Origin: Blastocatellia bacterium
Lineage (GTDB): Bacteria > Acidobacteriota > Blastocatellia > Pyrinomonadales > Pyrinomonadaceae
Direction of reading: 5' to 3'
Assembly (NCBI GenBank): GCA_963828335.1
Contig: CAWHEH010000007.1
Location: 156,047 to 220,046, forward strand
Length of the DNA stretch: 64,000 bases
A model generated the notes under the pieces. That model did no database searches. It was given only the letters and a program-made list of their open reading frames with translations, and was not told the origin of the DNA. Below are positions 19,844-29,600 of this stretch, piece after piece. Position 1 is the stretch's first letter. Each line of letters starts with the position of its first letter. The position numbers and the translations under genes are program-made.

Positions 19844-21837
19844 CTAACTGGCCCAACGGGGCAGTGGAATTGGCGAACGCTTTCAACGTTATTCGCCATG
19901 AAACTTGGAGAATGGTTGCAATGAACCTTGGGAAAACCAGAACCCTGGCCGCGTTGCTCCTTATTACACAACTGCTCTGGCCCCTCGTCGCCTCGGCGTC
20001 GGTGCGATACGTCTGGGCGGTTAATGATGGCGAGAAGGTAGAGCGAGACGATCTCGACAATCCCAATAAGAATTCCAACTCCGCCTGGGATGGCCACCAG
20101 ATAAAAATCTTCGGGGCACGCAACGAAATAATCGCCTTCCAATTGATTGTCGAAGCTGGATCCGAGGGAATAAAACGGTTGACTGTTTCGTTGCCATCAC
20201 TTCGCCAGCAAGGCGGCAGGGCCAGGATCACCTACGCAGCACCAGCACTCGATCCGACCAACTATGTCGGCCGGCCAATTCAACTTTTCTCGCTTAACTA
20301 TATGCAGGTGGAGACTGCCTCTCACGCTGAGTGGGTGTTCCAACCTGGCTCTCCGGCAGCGCCGAAAGATCCAACGGGATGGAAGCCGGTGCAGCTGGTT
20401 CCCGAGAATGCGAAGGTTGGTCGTGGCGGGTTTCCGTTGCAAGTCGCGCCATCGCAGAATCAGGGAGTTTGGATCGAAGTTTATACAAACCGAACTCTTC
20501 CTGCAGGCATCTATCGCGGGCAAATCAATGTCAACGCAGATGGTAAGCGGCAGACGATCCCGATTGAGCTGGAGCTCTTTGATTTCACCTTGCCGGATCA
20601 GAACAGCATGGACGCGATGGTCTACTACGAAAGCTTGCAGCCCGTCATGTATCAGGGCCGCAACCTCGATGCCGAGTACCACCGCTTTGCACATCGCCAG
20701 CGGATAGAACTTGTCCATGCCTACAACATTAAAACCGCGACCGCAGCGATCGGGCTTTTTAACGGTCAGGATTTCACTAAAGCTCGCGGTTATGAGGGGC
20801 CAGGCGAACGAGTCGGCAACCGGATAATTCCGCGAACTTTCTACGGGCCAGGCACAGACTTCGATGAACGTACTAACGCCTGGCGCCATGCCGACGAGTG
20901 GATGGGCCTGATAGGGAAGGCTTTCCCCGAAGCAGTGACTTTCCTTTACCTGCCTGACGAGCCTGGACGTTCGGAGTATGCTTACATTCGCAAACTCTCG
21001 GACAATCTTCACTCCAACCCCGGACCGGGAAAAGCTTTGCGCACATTCGTCACCAAGCATTACGTGAAAGAGCTCGATGGCGCGATCGACATCTGGGATA
21101 CGGGACCGCTCGGCTACAACATCGAGCGTGCCTGGGAGGAGCGTTCAAAGGGTCACAAGTATTGGATCTATAACGGTGGAAGGCCCGCCGCCGGCGCCAT
21201 CGTGATCGACGCACCGGCCACTGACCCGCGCGCGACAATCTGGGCTTGCTTCAAGCATGGCGTAGACAATTATTTCTATTGGCACGGCGTTCACTGGCAA
21301 CACAATCGACAGAAGGCGGGCGAGCGCCGGCAGGATGTATGGGCCAACCCAATTACCTTCGACAATCGTGGACAGCCAAACAAGCCCGTTGATGATCAAG
21401 GTTACATTAATGGCGACGGCGTACTCATGTATCCTGGCGAAGAAAAACTACATCCAGAACAGGATCGTGGTATCTCCGGCCCAGTCAATACCATTCAGCT
21501 GGCAAACTTCAGACGCGGTCTGCAGGATCATCTGTACCTGACGCTGGCGCGCCGGCGCGGCTTGAACTCGGTGATTAATGACCAGCTGCAGGCGATTGTT
21601 CCGCGAGTCTTCTCCGACGCCAAAGATAGGATCGGTTTCGCCGAAACCGGCAATGAGTTTGAGCGTGCGCGTTACCGCCTGGCGCAGGCCATCGCGCAAA
21701 GAAAATTGCAAAGAGTAACCCCCTTGATAGGCGTCGGCTCGCGACGCCGAACCTTGTCAGTAAAACCGCTCAGCGGGAAGGAGAATTCTCATGAAACGCC
21801 TCATAGTTACTTTGTTCCTCGTGGCAGTCTGCGGTAG
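19840..21837 (+). CDS. Secreted DUF4091 / GH123-like putative hexosaminidase
   Basis: ATGA start/stop overlap with the symporter. An alternative start at 19909 (MVAMNLGKTRTLAALLLITQLLWPLVASA) gives a signal peptide. ARNEIIAFQLIV and FLYLPDEPG (an adjacent Asp-Glu pair) resemble DUF4091/GH123 proteins. Family call from memory. Confidence 0.55.
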   Translation: MTNWPNGAVELANAFNVIRHETWRMVAMNLGKTRTLAALLLITQLLWPLVASASVRYVWAVNDGEKVERDDLDNPNKNSNSAWDGHQIKIFGARNEIIAFQLIVEAGSEGIKRLTVSLPSLRQQGGRARITYAAPALDPTNYVGRPIQLFSLNYMQVETASHAEWVFQPGSPAAPKDPTGWKPVQLVPENAKVGRGGFPLQVAPSQNQGVWIEVYTNRTLPAGIYRGQINVNADGKRQTIPIELELFDFTLPDQNSMDAMVYYESLQPVMYQGRNLDAEYHRFAHRQRIELVHAYNIKTATAAIGLFNGQDFTKARGYEGPGERVGNRIIPRTFYGPGTDFDERTNAWRHADEWMGLIGKAFPEAVTFLYLPDEPGRSEYAYIRKLSDNLHSNPGPGKALRTFVTKHYVKELDGAIDIWDTGPLGYNIERAWEERSKGHKYWIYNGGRPAAGAIVIDAPATDPRATIWACFKHGVDNYFYWHGVHWQHNRQKAGERRQDVWANPITFDNRGQPNKPVDDQGYINGDGVLMYPGEEKLHPEQDRGISGPVNTIQLANFRRGLQDHLYLTLARRRGLNSVINDQLQAIVPRVFSDAKDRIGFAETGNEFERARYRLAQAIAQRKLQRVTPLIGVGSRRRTLSVKPLSGKENSHETPHSYFVPRGSLR

Positions 21838-23089
21838 CAGCGCATCCGCGATTACTTATCAGGTGGGACCGAGCAGGACATATAAGAAATTACAGGACGT
21901 GCAGGCGCTGCTGCTGCCCGGCGATCTCGTCGAGGTTGACGGCAATGCAACTTATCCCGGCGATATTATCCTCACCAGGCCGGGGACGATCGTCAACAAG
22001 ATTACCATCCGCGGGATTCGCGTGAATGGGCTGCGTCCAATTCTCTCGGGCGGGACCAATACCATCGAATTTCGTCTGTCTGACCATTACGTCTTTGAAA
22101 GCTTCGATGTTACTGGCGGTAGTTTCCGCGGCATCTACCATCACGCCGATGACATCACCATTCGCGATACGGTCGTTCACGATTGTCCGGCCCATGGCAT
22201 CCTGGGCGCCGACACCGACTCCGGTTCGCTGACGCTGGAGTATGTCGAGATTTATCACTGCGGCAACGGCACGGGCCAGCACCCTCTCTACATGGCAACC
22301 GATGAATTCGCGCATCCTGGCTCGGTGTTTCGCATGCAGTATTGTTACCTTCACGATCAAAATGGCGGCAACAACATCAAGAGCCGCGCTGAGCGTAATG
22401 AAATTTATTACAACTGGGTCTCGGGCGGTTTCTACGGCGAGATAGAGTTGATTGGACCAGACCCACATGGCAATAAGAAGGTCAACACCGACACGGCGCG
22501 CGAGGATTCGGACGTGGTCGGCAACGTCTTCCAGCATATCCCTACGCAAGGCACACGCATGGCGCGCGTGGGCAGTGACGGCACCGGAGAAACGAAAGGT
22601 CGCTACCGCTTCGTGAATAACACCTTCATCCTGCGACAGGGACAGGTCAGTCCTGCCGTTGAGACTTTCGAAGGAATAGAGAGCCTGGAGATGCACAACA
22701 ACGTCTTCTTCCGAGTGGGCGGAGCGCCGATTGACAAGATGGTGCTTGAGACTCGGACGAGATGGGTTGCGGGGCGCGTGAGCACCGGTTCCAACAACTG
22801 GATCCCAACTGGTTCAGCGCTGGTTCCGACTGCCTGGACGGCCACCATTACCGGTACTAACCCCGGCTTCACGGACATCAGCACGTACGACGTGCGTCCG
22901 ATTTCAACCAGCCCGCTGGTAAATGCCGGCAACAACGCGCCCGCCAGTCCTGCGGGCCATCCTTTTATCAATCCTTTGTTTCCGCCGGCCTTCATTCCGC
23001 CATTGCACACGGCGCTGGCGGTGGGAACCGCGAGTTCCCGACCGGTTTTCGGCACCATCGATATCGGTGCGTATGAATGGACTCCGTGA
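21791..23089 (+). CDS. Secreted right-handed parallel beta-helix repeat protein (possible polysaccharide lyase/hydrolase)
   Basis: GGAG SD and signal peptide MKRLIVTLFLVAVCGSSASA. GDLVEVDGNATYPGDI entry motif. Repeated short beta-strand periodicity rich in G/N/H/D. Confidence 0.65.
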   Translation: MKRLIVTLFLVAVCGSSASAITYQVGPSRTYKKLQDVQALLLPGDLVEVDGNATYPGDIILTRPGTIVNKITIRGIRVNGLRPILSGGTNTIEFRLSDHYVFESFDVTGGSFRGIYHHADDITIRDTVVHDCPAHGILGADTDSGSLTLEYVEIYHCGNGTGQHPLYMATDEFAHPGSVFRMQYCYLHDQNGGNNIKSRAERNEIYYNWVSGGFYGEIELIGPDPHGNKKVNTDTAREDSDVVGNVFQHIPTQGTRMARVGSDGTGETKGRYRFVNNTFILRQGQVSPAVETFEGIESLEMHNNVFFRVGGAPIDKMVLETRTRWVAGRVSTGSNNWIPTGSALVPTAWTATITGTNPGFTDISTYDVRPISTSPLVNAGNNAPASPAGHPFINPLFPPAFIPPLHTALAVGTASSRPVFGTIDIGAYEWTP

Positions 23090-23108
23090 CGAGTCGTCCG
23101 CATTTTTA

Positions 23109-23951
23109 ATGAAGTTGGCCTTTTCAACACTGGGATGTCCACACTGGGAGCTTGAGCAGGTTGCGCAAGCCGCCCGTGCCTATGGGTATCAGGCCGTTGA
23201 GTTGCGAGCAATCGGCGGCGAACTTGATTTGCTCAAGCGACCCGAGTTCCAAACGGGTGCAATTGATTCAACCAGTCGTTGGCTGGCTGATGAGAGTCTG
23301 CAAATTTGTTGTGTTGACACTTCATGCACGTTTGACGCTCGAGACGCGGACGAACGAGGTAAGCAGATCGAAGTGGCTCTGAGACACGCTGAACTCGCCG
23401 CCGCTCTCGGTGCGTCGCTCATTCGAATCTTTCCCGACAAGATCCAAGCGGGTACGACGCGTGCAGAGACGCGTGACAACATCGCCGCATGTTTGCGTGC
23501 CGCGGCCCAGCGTGCACCCGATGGGGTACGAATCGGCCTTGAGACACACGGCGACTTCGCGCGAGGCCAGGCCGCGAGCGAGATCATGAGGCTCGCCGAT
23601 CATCCCAAGGTGGTCCTTATCTGGGACGTAGCCAATTCGCTGGCGGCGGGAGATTCGATTGCAGAAGCTGCCGGGGAAGTGGCGCCCTATCTTGCGCACG
23701 TCCACCTGCGCGATGCGCGCGCGGTTACGGGCCAGGAGCACTGGTTGCCGGTGTTGGCCGGGCGCGGCAGCGTTGCATTTGATGATGCCGTCAACGCACT
23801 TCGTGATTTGAAGTATGACGGTTACGTTAGTTTTGAGTGGGAGAAATACTGGCACCCGGAGATCGAGGAACCAGAAGTTGCGTTGCCGGATTTCGTTAAG
23901 GCCATGAAGGCGATCTTGCGAGGTGGTGCATCAGATGCTGCGGTCCCATGA
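23109..23951 (+). CDS. Sugar phosphate isomerase/epimerase (xylose-isomerase-like TIM barrel)
   Basis: ORF 22923..23951. An internal ATG at 23109 follows the upstream stop. MKLAFSTLGCPHWELEQV...YQAVELR start and ...YVSFEWEKYWHPE end are typical of the AP_endonuc_2 family. Confidence 0.8.
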   Translation: MKLAFSTLGCPHWELEQVAQAARAYGYQAVELRAIGGELDLLKRPEFQTGAIDSTSRWLADESLQICCVDTSCTFDARDADERGKQIEVALRHAELAAALGASLIRIFPDKIQAGTTRAETRDNIAACLRAAAQRAPDGVRIGLETHGDFARGQAASEIMRLADHPKVVLIWDVANSLAAGDSIAEAAGEVAPYLAHVHLRDARAVTGQEHWLPVLAGRGSVAFDDAVNALRDLKYDGYVSFEWEKYWHPEIEEPEVALPDFVKAMKAILRGGASDAAVP

Positions 23952-23956
23952 GGTCA

Positions 23957-24094
23957 GTACCACCACGCGGTAGCGGGTGGGTTTCTTGAGTGCCAATTTC
24001 CGATTGCCAATTGGCTTTATCGGCAGACGCCAATCGGAAATCGGCAATTAACGATCGGCAATCGGCAGACCCACCCGCTAACGCTTGGTGGTAC
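23957..24094. repeat. Nested palindromic element with GGTAGCG-containing 26-bp arms and an inner CGGCAAT-unit palindrome
   Basis: GTACCACCACGCGGTAGCGGGTGGGT (23957-23982) matches the reverse complement of 24069-24094 (GTACCACCAAGCGTTAGCGGGTGGGT) at 24/26. The 86-nt spacer is built from CAATCGGCA/GCCGATTG units that are also inverted. Confidence 0.75.
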
Positions 24095-24129
24095 CGACTT
24101 CGTGACACTGCGACATTTTTGAAGTAGCG

Positions 24130-25173
24130 ATGATGAACAACGACGCGGAGAGCTCAATCAGTAAAACGCCCGGACTTGCGCGGCCGCGCGTGTTGGTGCT
24201 TGCCAGCGACGTGCTCTTCTCCCACTTCTTTCCTGAAAGTGTGCGCGCTCGCTTGAGTGAGGTAGCCGAGTGGTCTCAACTAGCCGAGCGCGACGATTCG
24301 CCGCAGTTGCGCGCGGAGATCGCGCAGGCTGAGGTACTCATGACGACCTGGCATTCACCGTTTTTGCGCATGGAGATGTTAGGGACGCAGCCGCGGGTGC
24401 GTCTGATCGCGCATTGTGGCGGGGAAGTGAAATCACGAATGGAAGCGGCGGTTTTCGATCACGTTACAGTGACCAACGCAGCTGAGCCTATGGCTGTACC
24501 GGTGGCCGAGATGGCGCTCGCCTTAATGCTGACGCTGGTCCGGAGGCTTCCCGACTATGCTGCCGAAATGCGAGCCGGAGTAATTAGAACGAACGAGTAC
24601 GTAAGTTGTGGCGAGACCGTGCGTGGCCGGAAGGTCGGCCTGATCGGTTTCGGTCGCATAGGCAAAGCTTTCGCGCGGCTGGTGGAACCGCTGGGTGTCG
24701 AACTGCTGGTGACCGATCCTTACTGCGATGCCGAGGCAGTCGCTGCCTACAAGGGTCACTTGCTGGGGTTGGACGAACTGCTTGGCTCCTGCTCGGTTGT
24801 TGTTCTGGCAGCGGGATTAACTCCTGAGACTCGAAATCTCCTGGATCAGCGCCGCCTCAGTCTGATGCGCGATGGCGCATATCTCATTAACGTTGCGCGC
24901 GGTGGGCTGGTTGCTATGGATGCACTCTTAGCAGAGTTGCGCAAAGCGCGAATCAGTGTGGCGCTCGACGTTACCGATCCGTTGGAACCGCTGCCGCCTA
25001 ACCACGAGCTTCGACAACTTCCAAATGTCCTGCTTACCCCGCACATCGCGGCGGGTGGGATCGAAATGCGCCGCGCTATCGGCGCAGTGGCGGCTGAAGA
25101 GGTGGTGCGTTTCTGTAAAGGAGAGCAACTGGAGAATGTTGTAACGCCAGACATGTTGGCGCTGATGACATGA
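24130..25173 (+). CDS. D-isomer-specific 2-hydroxyacid dehydrogenase, NAD-binding
   Basis: GLIGFGRIGKAFARL Rossmann motif. NVARGGLV and TPHIAAG catalytic Arg/His contexts. Confidence 0.85.
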   Translation: MMNNDAESSISKTPGLARPRVLVLASDVLFSHFFPESVRARLSEVAEWSQLAERDDSPQLRAEIAQAEVLMTTWHSPFLRMEMLGTQPRVRLIAHCGGEVKSRMEAAVFDHVTVTNAAEPMAVPVAEMALALMLTLVRRLPDYAAEMRAGVIRTNEYVSCGETVRGRKVGLIGFGRIGKAFARLVEPLGVELLVTDPYCDAEAVAAYKGHLLGLDELLGSCSVVVLAAGLTPETRNLLDQRRLSLMRDGAYLINVARGGLVAMDALLAELRKARISVALDVTDPLEPLPPNHELRQLPNVLLTPHIAAGGIEMRRAIGAVAAEEVVRFCKGEQLENVVTPDMLALMT

Positions 25174-25175
25174 AT

Positions 25176-25299
25176 GAACTCTGAACTTTGAACTTTGAAC
25201 TTTGAATTTTGCTTACCTCTATATGGTCGAGTCAACGAGTGAGTCTTGAACTGACATCGGAGTACCAAGCACAAAGTACAAAGCACAAAGTTCAAGCAC
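25176..25299. repeat. Low-complexity hairpin (tandem GAACTTTG units opposite CAAAGTNC units)
   Basis: Left arm GAACTCTGAACTTTGAACTTTGAACTTTGAATTTT. Right arm ACCAAGCACAAAGTACAAAGCACAAAGTTCAAGCAC. They are imperfectly complementary across a spacer of about 50 nt. Confidence 0.6.
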
Positions 25300-25316
25300 T
25301 TGCGGAGCCTAAGATC

Positions 25317-26462
25317 TTGACGGCTACTCTTACCAACAAAGCCCGGACGATCACCATTAAGAGCATCGCGCTACATCACGTTCGCGTGCCCCTGCTGGAG
25401 CCTTTTCGCATCAGCAACGGCGTCATAAGTGAGAAGGATGCGATTCTCGTCGAGGTACAAACGGACAACGATGTGGTGGGCTGGGGCGAAGCATCGCCGA
25501 TGTCGGGTGGGTTTTATTCGGCAGACACCCCGGAGAGCGCCTGGACGGCGTTAAATAGTTCATTGATCCCGTCGGTGCTTAACGCCGGAGAGATCGATGT
25601 ACCACATTTTTACGAGCAACTTCGTGCGCATCCGGGTGATGTCTTCGCGAAGGCCGGTATTGAAGGCGCGCTCTGGGATGCTTGCGCAAATACTTTGAAG
25701 GTGCCATTCGCCGAGCTCCTGGGTGGGCAAGCTCGGCTCATTCCCTCGGGTGTCGCCATTGGCATTTACGATCACATCGACGATTTACTTGAACGAGTGT
25801 CTCGATACTCCGCAGAGGGTTATCGACGCGTGAAGATCAAGATTCAGCCTGGCTGGGATATTGAGCCGGTGGCCGCCGTACGAGCGCGATTCAAGAACTT
25901 ACCTTTGATGGTTGATGCTAACGCCGCATATTCGCTTGCCGACGCGGCAGTATTTCGTGAGCTGGATGAGCAAGGCTTGATCATGATCGAGCAGCCGCTG
26001 GCGCGCGTAGCTCACGCGGAAGCCGGAGAGCTGCAGCGCCAGTTACGCACCCCGCTCTGTGCCGATGAGTCTGCCGAATCGCTGCCGGCGCTCGCTTCGA
26101 TTATTGAAAACGATGCGGCGAGGATTATCAACATCAAGGTGCAACGCGTCGGTGGCTTGAGCGAAGCGCGTTTGATGCTGGCTGCAGCCCGCGCAGCCAA
26201 ACTTGAATGCTGGGTAGGCACGATGCCCGAATTAGGAGTGGCCTCAGCGCAAGGTTTGCACCTTGCGACTCTCGACGGATTCACTTACCCGACAGATATT
26301 GAGGCTTCGACACGATGGTACGTTGACGACGTGGTAGCGCCGCTGATCGAGATTGACGCGCAGGGATACATACGATTACCCGAAGGCCCAGGCACGGGCT
26401 TTCACGTCGTACGGGAAAAGGTGGAGCGGTACTCCGTTGCCAGTGCCACATTTGCAAGCTAA
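25317..26462 (+). CDS. Enolase-superfamily enzyme, OSBS / N-acylamino-acid-racemase subgroup
   Basis: ORF 25209..26462, but its first 30 codons lie in the hairpin repeat. TTG at 25317 behind GGAG is the nearest plausible start. KxK motif VKIKIQPG, metal ligands in MVDANAAY, IMIEQP and CADES, and a second Lys in NIKVQRVGG. Confidence 0.8.
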   Translation: MTATLTNKARTITIKSIALHHVRVPLLEPFRISNGVISEKDAILVEVQTDNDVVGWGEASPMSGGFYSADTPESAWTALNSSLIPSVLNAGEIDVPHFYEQLRAHPGDVFAKAGIEGALWDACANTLKVPFAELLGGQARLIPSGVAIGIYDHIDDLLERVSRYSAEGYRRVKIKIQPGWDIEPVAAVRARFKNLPLMVDANAAYSLADAAVFRELDEQGLIMIEQPLARVAHAEAGELQRQLRTPLCADESAESLPALASIIENDAARIINIKVQRVGGLSEARLMLAAARAAKLECWVGTMPELGVASAQGLHLATLDGFTYPTDIEASTRWYVDDVVAPLIEIDAQGYIRLPEGPGTGFHVVREKVERYSVASATFAS

Positions 26463-26473
26463 GGCGGTAGAAA

Positions 26474-26618
26474 AAAGAGCGGGGGCAAGCCCGCCTTCCC
26501 GACCCTGAGATTCTTGATCTTGCTCCGTTGTTCTACCGTTGAAAGGCTTTCAAGCGTACATAATCACCTCGTCTCTGCTCAGCTCAGGGTCAGGAAGGCG
26601 GGCTTGCCCCCGCTCTTT
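26474..26618. repeat. REPIN-like palindrome, 36-bp arms (35/36 complementary), 73-nt spacer
   Basis: AAAGAGCGGGGGCAAGCCCGCCTTCCCGACCCTGAG (26474-26509) pairs with CTCAGGGTCAGGAAGGCGGGCTTGCCCCCGCTCTTT (26583-26618). Each arm contains its own GCGGG...CCCGC hairpin. Confidence 0.85.
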
Positions 26619-26679
26619 AGTAAAGGGTTTGATCAGGCAGCATCTTCAGATCGAGGTCTACCAAAGGAATAGAATCTTC

Positions 26680-29600
26680 ATGAGATCTAACTTAAAGAAC
26701 TTATACTCAGACACCGGATTGCGGATGTGCTACGCGTTGACCTTAATACTTGTGTTTTCAATTGGTGTAAGCGTTCAGGGACAGGACTCAGCCCGCGTCT
26801 GGGAAGCGCCGTTGTCCATTCCAACCTATGAGCTTGGCCCACCTAATCCATATCCGGCGCTGCTCGACTGGCAACGTCGCAAATGGCGTCCCGTCTACCC
26901 CTACCCGTTTCTTGATTCGTTAACAAACAGACGCACAGACAAGACCTACAAAGCCGTCTACCTGGAGAACGAATACTTGCGCGTTTCGGTCTTGCCGGAA
27001 CTTGGCGGCCACGTTTACGAAATCTTCGACAAGACCAACAAGCGCGAGGTCCTCTATTCAAACCCGGTGGTGAAGTACGCAATGGTCGCAATCCGCGGCG
27101 CCTGGGTGTCAGGCGGCATCGAGTGGAACTTCCCTGACGGCCATACATTGACGACGGTTTCGGCGATTGATTACTCGATGAGAATGGAACCGGACGGGAG
27201 TGCCGCAGTCGCTGTCGGGGACACCGAGCGCGTCCAGGGAATGCAGTGGCAGGTCATCATTCGTCTGCGCCCCGGGCAGCGCGCCGTCGAAACCGAAGTC
27301 ACATTGAACAATCGACGCGAAGTACCCGGTCGCTACTGGTTCTGGTCCACGGCGGGTGCTACTGCAGCCGACGACATGCGCTTTGTCTATCCCATGCGTG
27401 AAGCTTACCCGCACGCCTTCTGGCCTGTCTTCTCTTTTCCCAAAGAGAAGGGTGTCGACCTGAGCAAGTTTAGCGACGTGCCGAACTTTCTCTCACTTTT
27501 CGCTCGCAACTCGACTCGGGATTACTTCGGTGTCTATTACGACAAGTCTGACTGGGGCGTTGTCCACGTCGCGGATCATCGCGAGATGCCTGGGAAGAAG
27601 ACATGGACCTGGGGAACCGACGACAACGGCGATATTTGGGTTGATAAGTTGACCGATGGCGGCCACCAGTACGTTGAGTTTCAGGGCGGAAGGTTTGAAA
27701 CGCAGATGGAACACCAGTTCATCGCTCCCCACCGCGTTGAGCACATCGTCGAACACTGGTTTCCCGTCAACAATCTCGGTGGCGCTTGGGATGAGGCTAC
27801 CCAGGACGCGGCACTTCGAATCAATCTTCAAGGCAGCCATGCGGTGGTTACTGCAAATGTAAACTCACGTTTCAACGATGCGGAGTTTATTGTCGAGAGT
27901 GGCGGCGTCGTCCTACGCAAGGAACGAGTCAAACTGGATCCGGTGAAAACTTTCAGTGCCACGATTGATTTACCTGCAACCGCCGTCGGACGACCGCTGA
28001 CGGTCTCATTCAAGAGCAAGGATGGGCACGACCTGATTAAGTACCGCACGGACACGCCAATCGACGGCAATGCCAACTTCAAACCGGCAACGCGCCCCAT
28101 CCCCGATCCCAAGATCTCTAACAGTGCCGAACAGGCTTACGTTGAGGGCCTGGCCTTCGACAAGAAGAGCAAGGAGCGCGAGGCCCGCGGCGCTTACCAG
28201 GAGGCGCTAAAGCGCGATGCAGGCTTTGCGCCCGCACAAGTTGCACTGGGTCTTTCTTATTACCGCAGTGGTGAATTCGAAACGGCAGCAACTCATCTCA
28301 ATCAGGCCCTGACAAGAAACAAGGACGCTGCGGACGCACACTACTACCTCGGCCTGGTTGAACGAGCTCGTGGGCACAACGCCGAAGCTGTCGAGCATTT
28401 GATATGGACCGTGCGTTCCGGTCATCGCGAGTCAGTATCGCGATACGTGTTGGGCGAGATGGCGTTAGCAGATGGGGATAACTCGGGTGCACTCGAAAAT
28501 CTCTCGCAGGCTGTAATGCTGGATCCGCGAGATCTAAAGGCTCGAACCATGCTCGCCCTGGTTGAGCGTCTGGCCGGTAAACTTGAGCTTGCGCAGCATC
28601 GCATTGAGTCGGTTGTGCGCGAGATGCCGATCGATTACTTCGCGCGGCATGAGCAGTACGAAATCTATAAGGCGCTTGGTCACGAGGACAAAGCGAACAA
28701 CGCCTGGGCTGAGCTATGGCGACTGTTGAAGCGGGAGCCTGACTCGGTGCTCGAAGTCGCATTTGACTACGCTGCAGTCGGACGTCGAGGCGAGGCGCAA
28801 CGAATTCTCGAAGGAGCTATTCGGCACGAACAGGACCCAACCAGAACCGCTGATACGACGCGCGACTATCCCATGCTTCACTACACGCTCGGCTACCTTT
28901 TGGAACTGGATGGCGACCGCACGCGGGCTAATTTGGAATATATGAAAGGCGCGCAAGGTGATCCCGCGTTTGTCTTTCCGCACCGCGTTGAAGAAATCGC
29001 TGTCCTACGCCGGGCGCTGGCGGCTAACGCGAATGACGGGCACGCCGCCTACTACTTAGGCAATGTGCTGGCTTCGAAGAATCGCGATCAGGAAGCGCTG
29101 GCGGCATGGCGCGAAGCAGTCAGACTTGATCCGGCAAACATTATTGCGCGCCGCAATCTCGGACGGGCCTTGTGGGTAACAGATAAGAAGGAGGAAGCGG
29201 CCAGTCAATACCAGCAAGCCGTCGCCGCTGCGCCGGAAGATTATCAACTGTACGTCGAGGTCGGAAATCTGTACGCAGAGATGGGCGCACAAGACCGCCG
29301 TGTGAAGCTTCTCGAGAGTGCACCGCCGGCGACGCGGACGCACACACCCTTCATCCAGGCGCTTGCGGCTGCTTACGTTGATACGAAGCGGTTTGCCGAT
29401 GCCGTCACCTTGCTCACAAATAATACTTTCACTTCGGGTGAAGGAGAGGACGCCGCACTCGGGCTCTATCGCAAGGCCCACCTCGGGCTCGCGCGCAATT
29501 ATCAGCAGGCAGGCGAACACCTCAAGGCGGCAACTGAATTTGCAGCTGCGACTGAATACCCGCGCAACTTCGGTGTCGGTCGTCCGGCGATGCAGTCGCA

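Noticed and set aside
20197-21060. Long antisense ORFs inside well-supported genes. Examples are 20197-21060 (287 aa), 21890-22696 (268 aa), 12418-13053 (211 aa), 43581-44237 (218 aa), 58300-59061 (253 aa) and 55213-55833 (206 aa).
   Set aside because: Each lies wholly opposite a CDS with clear family motifs. They have Arg/Ala/Pro-rich, motif-free sequences typical of open antisense frames in GC-rich DNA, and they lack SD sequences.
21791-21837. The 47-nt overlap between the DUF4091-like gene end and the beta-helix gene start, as a sign of a frameshift or gene fusion.
   Set aside because: The downstream ATG has its own GGAG SD and an immediate signal peptide. The upstream C-terminal tail is low-complexity. 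An ordinary overlap or a slightly early true stop is sufficient explanation.
17927-25299. Short tandem units (CTTTGGNN, GAACTTTG, CGGCAAT) as possible CRISPR arrays.
   Set aside because: The units are 7-8 nt with no unique spacers of 25-40 nt, and they are arranged as inverted arms. There are no cas genes in the window.
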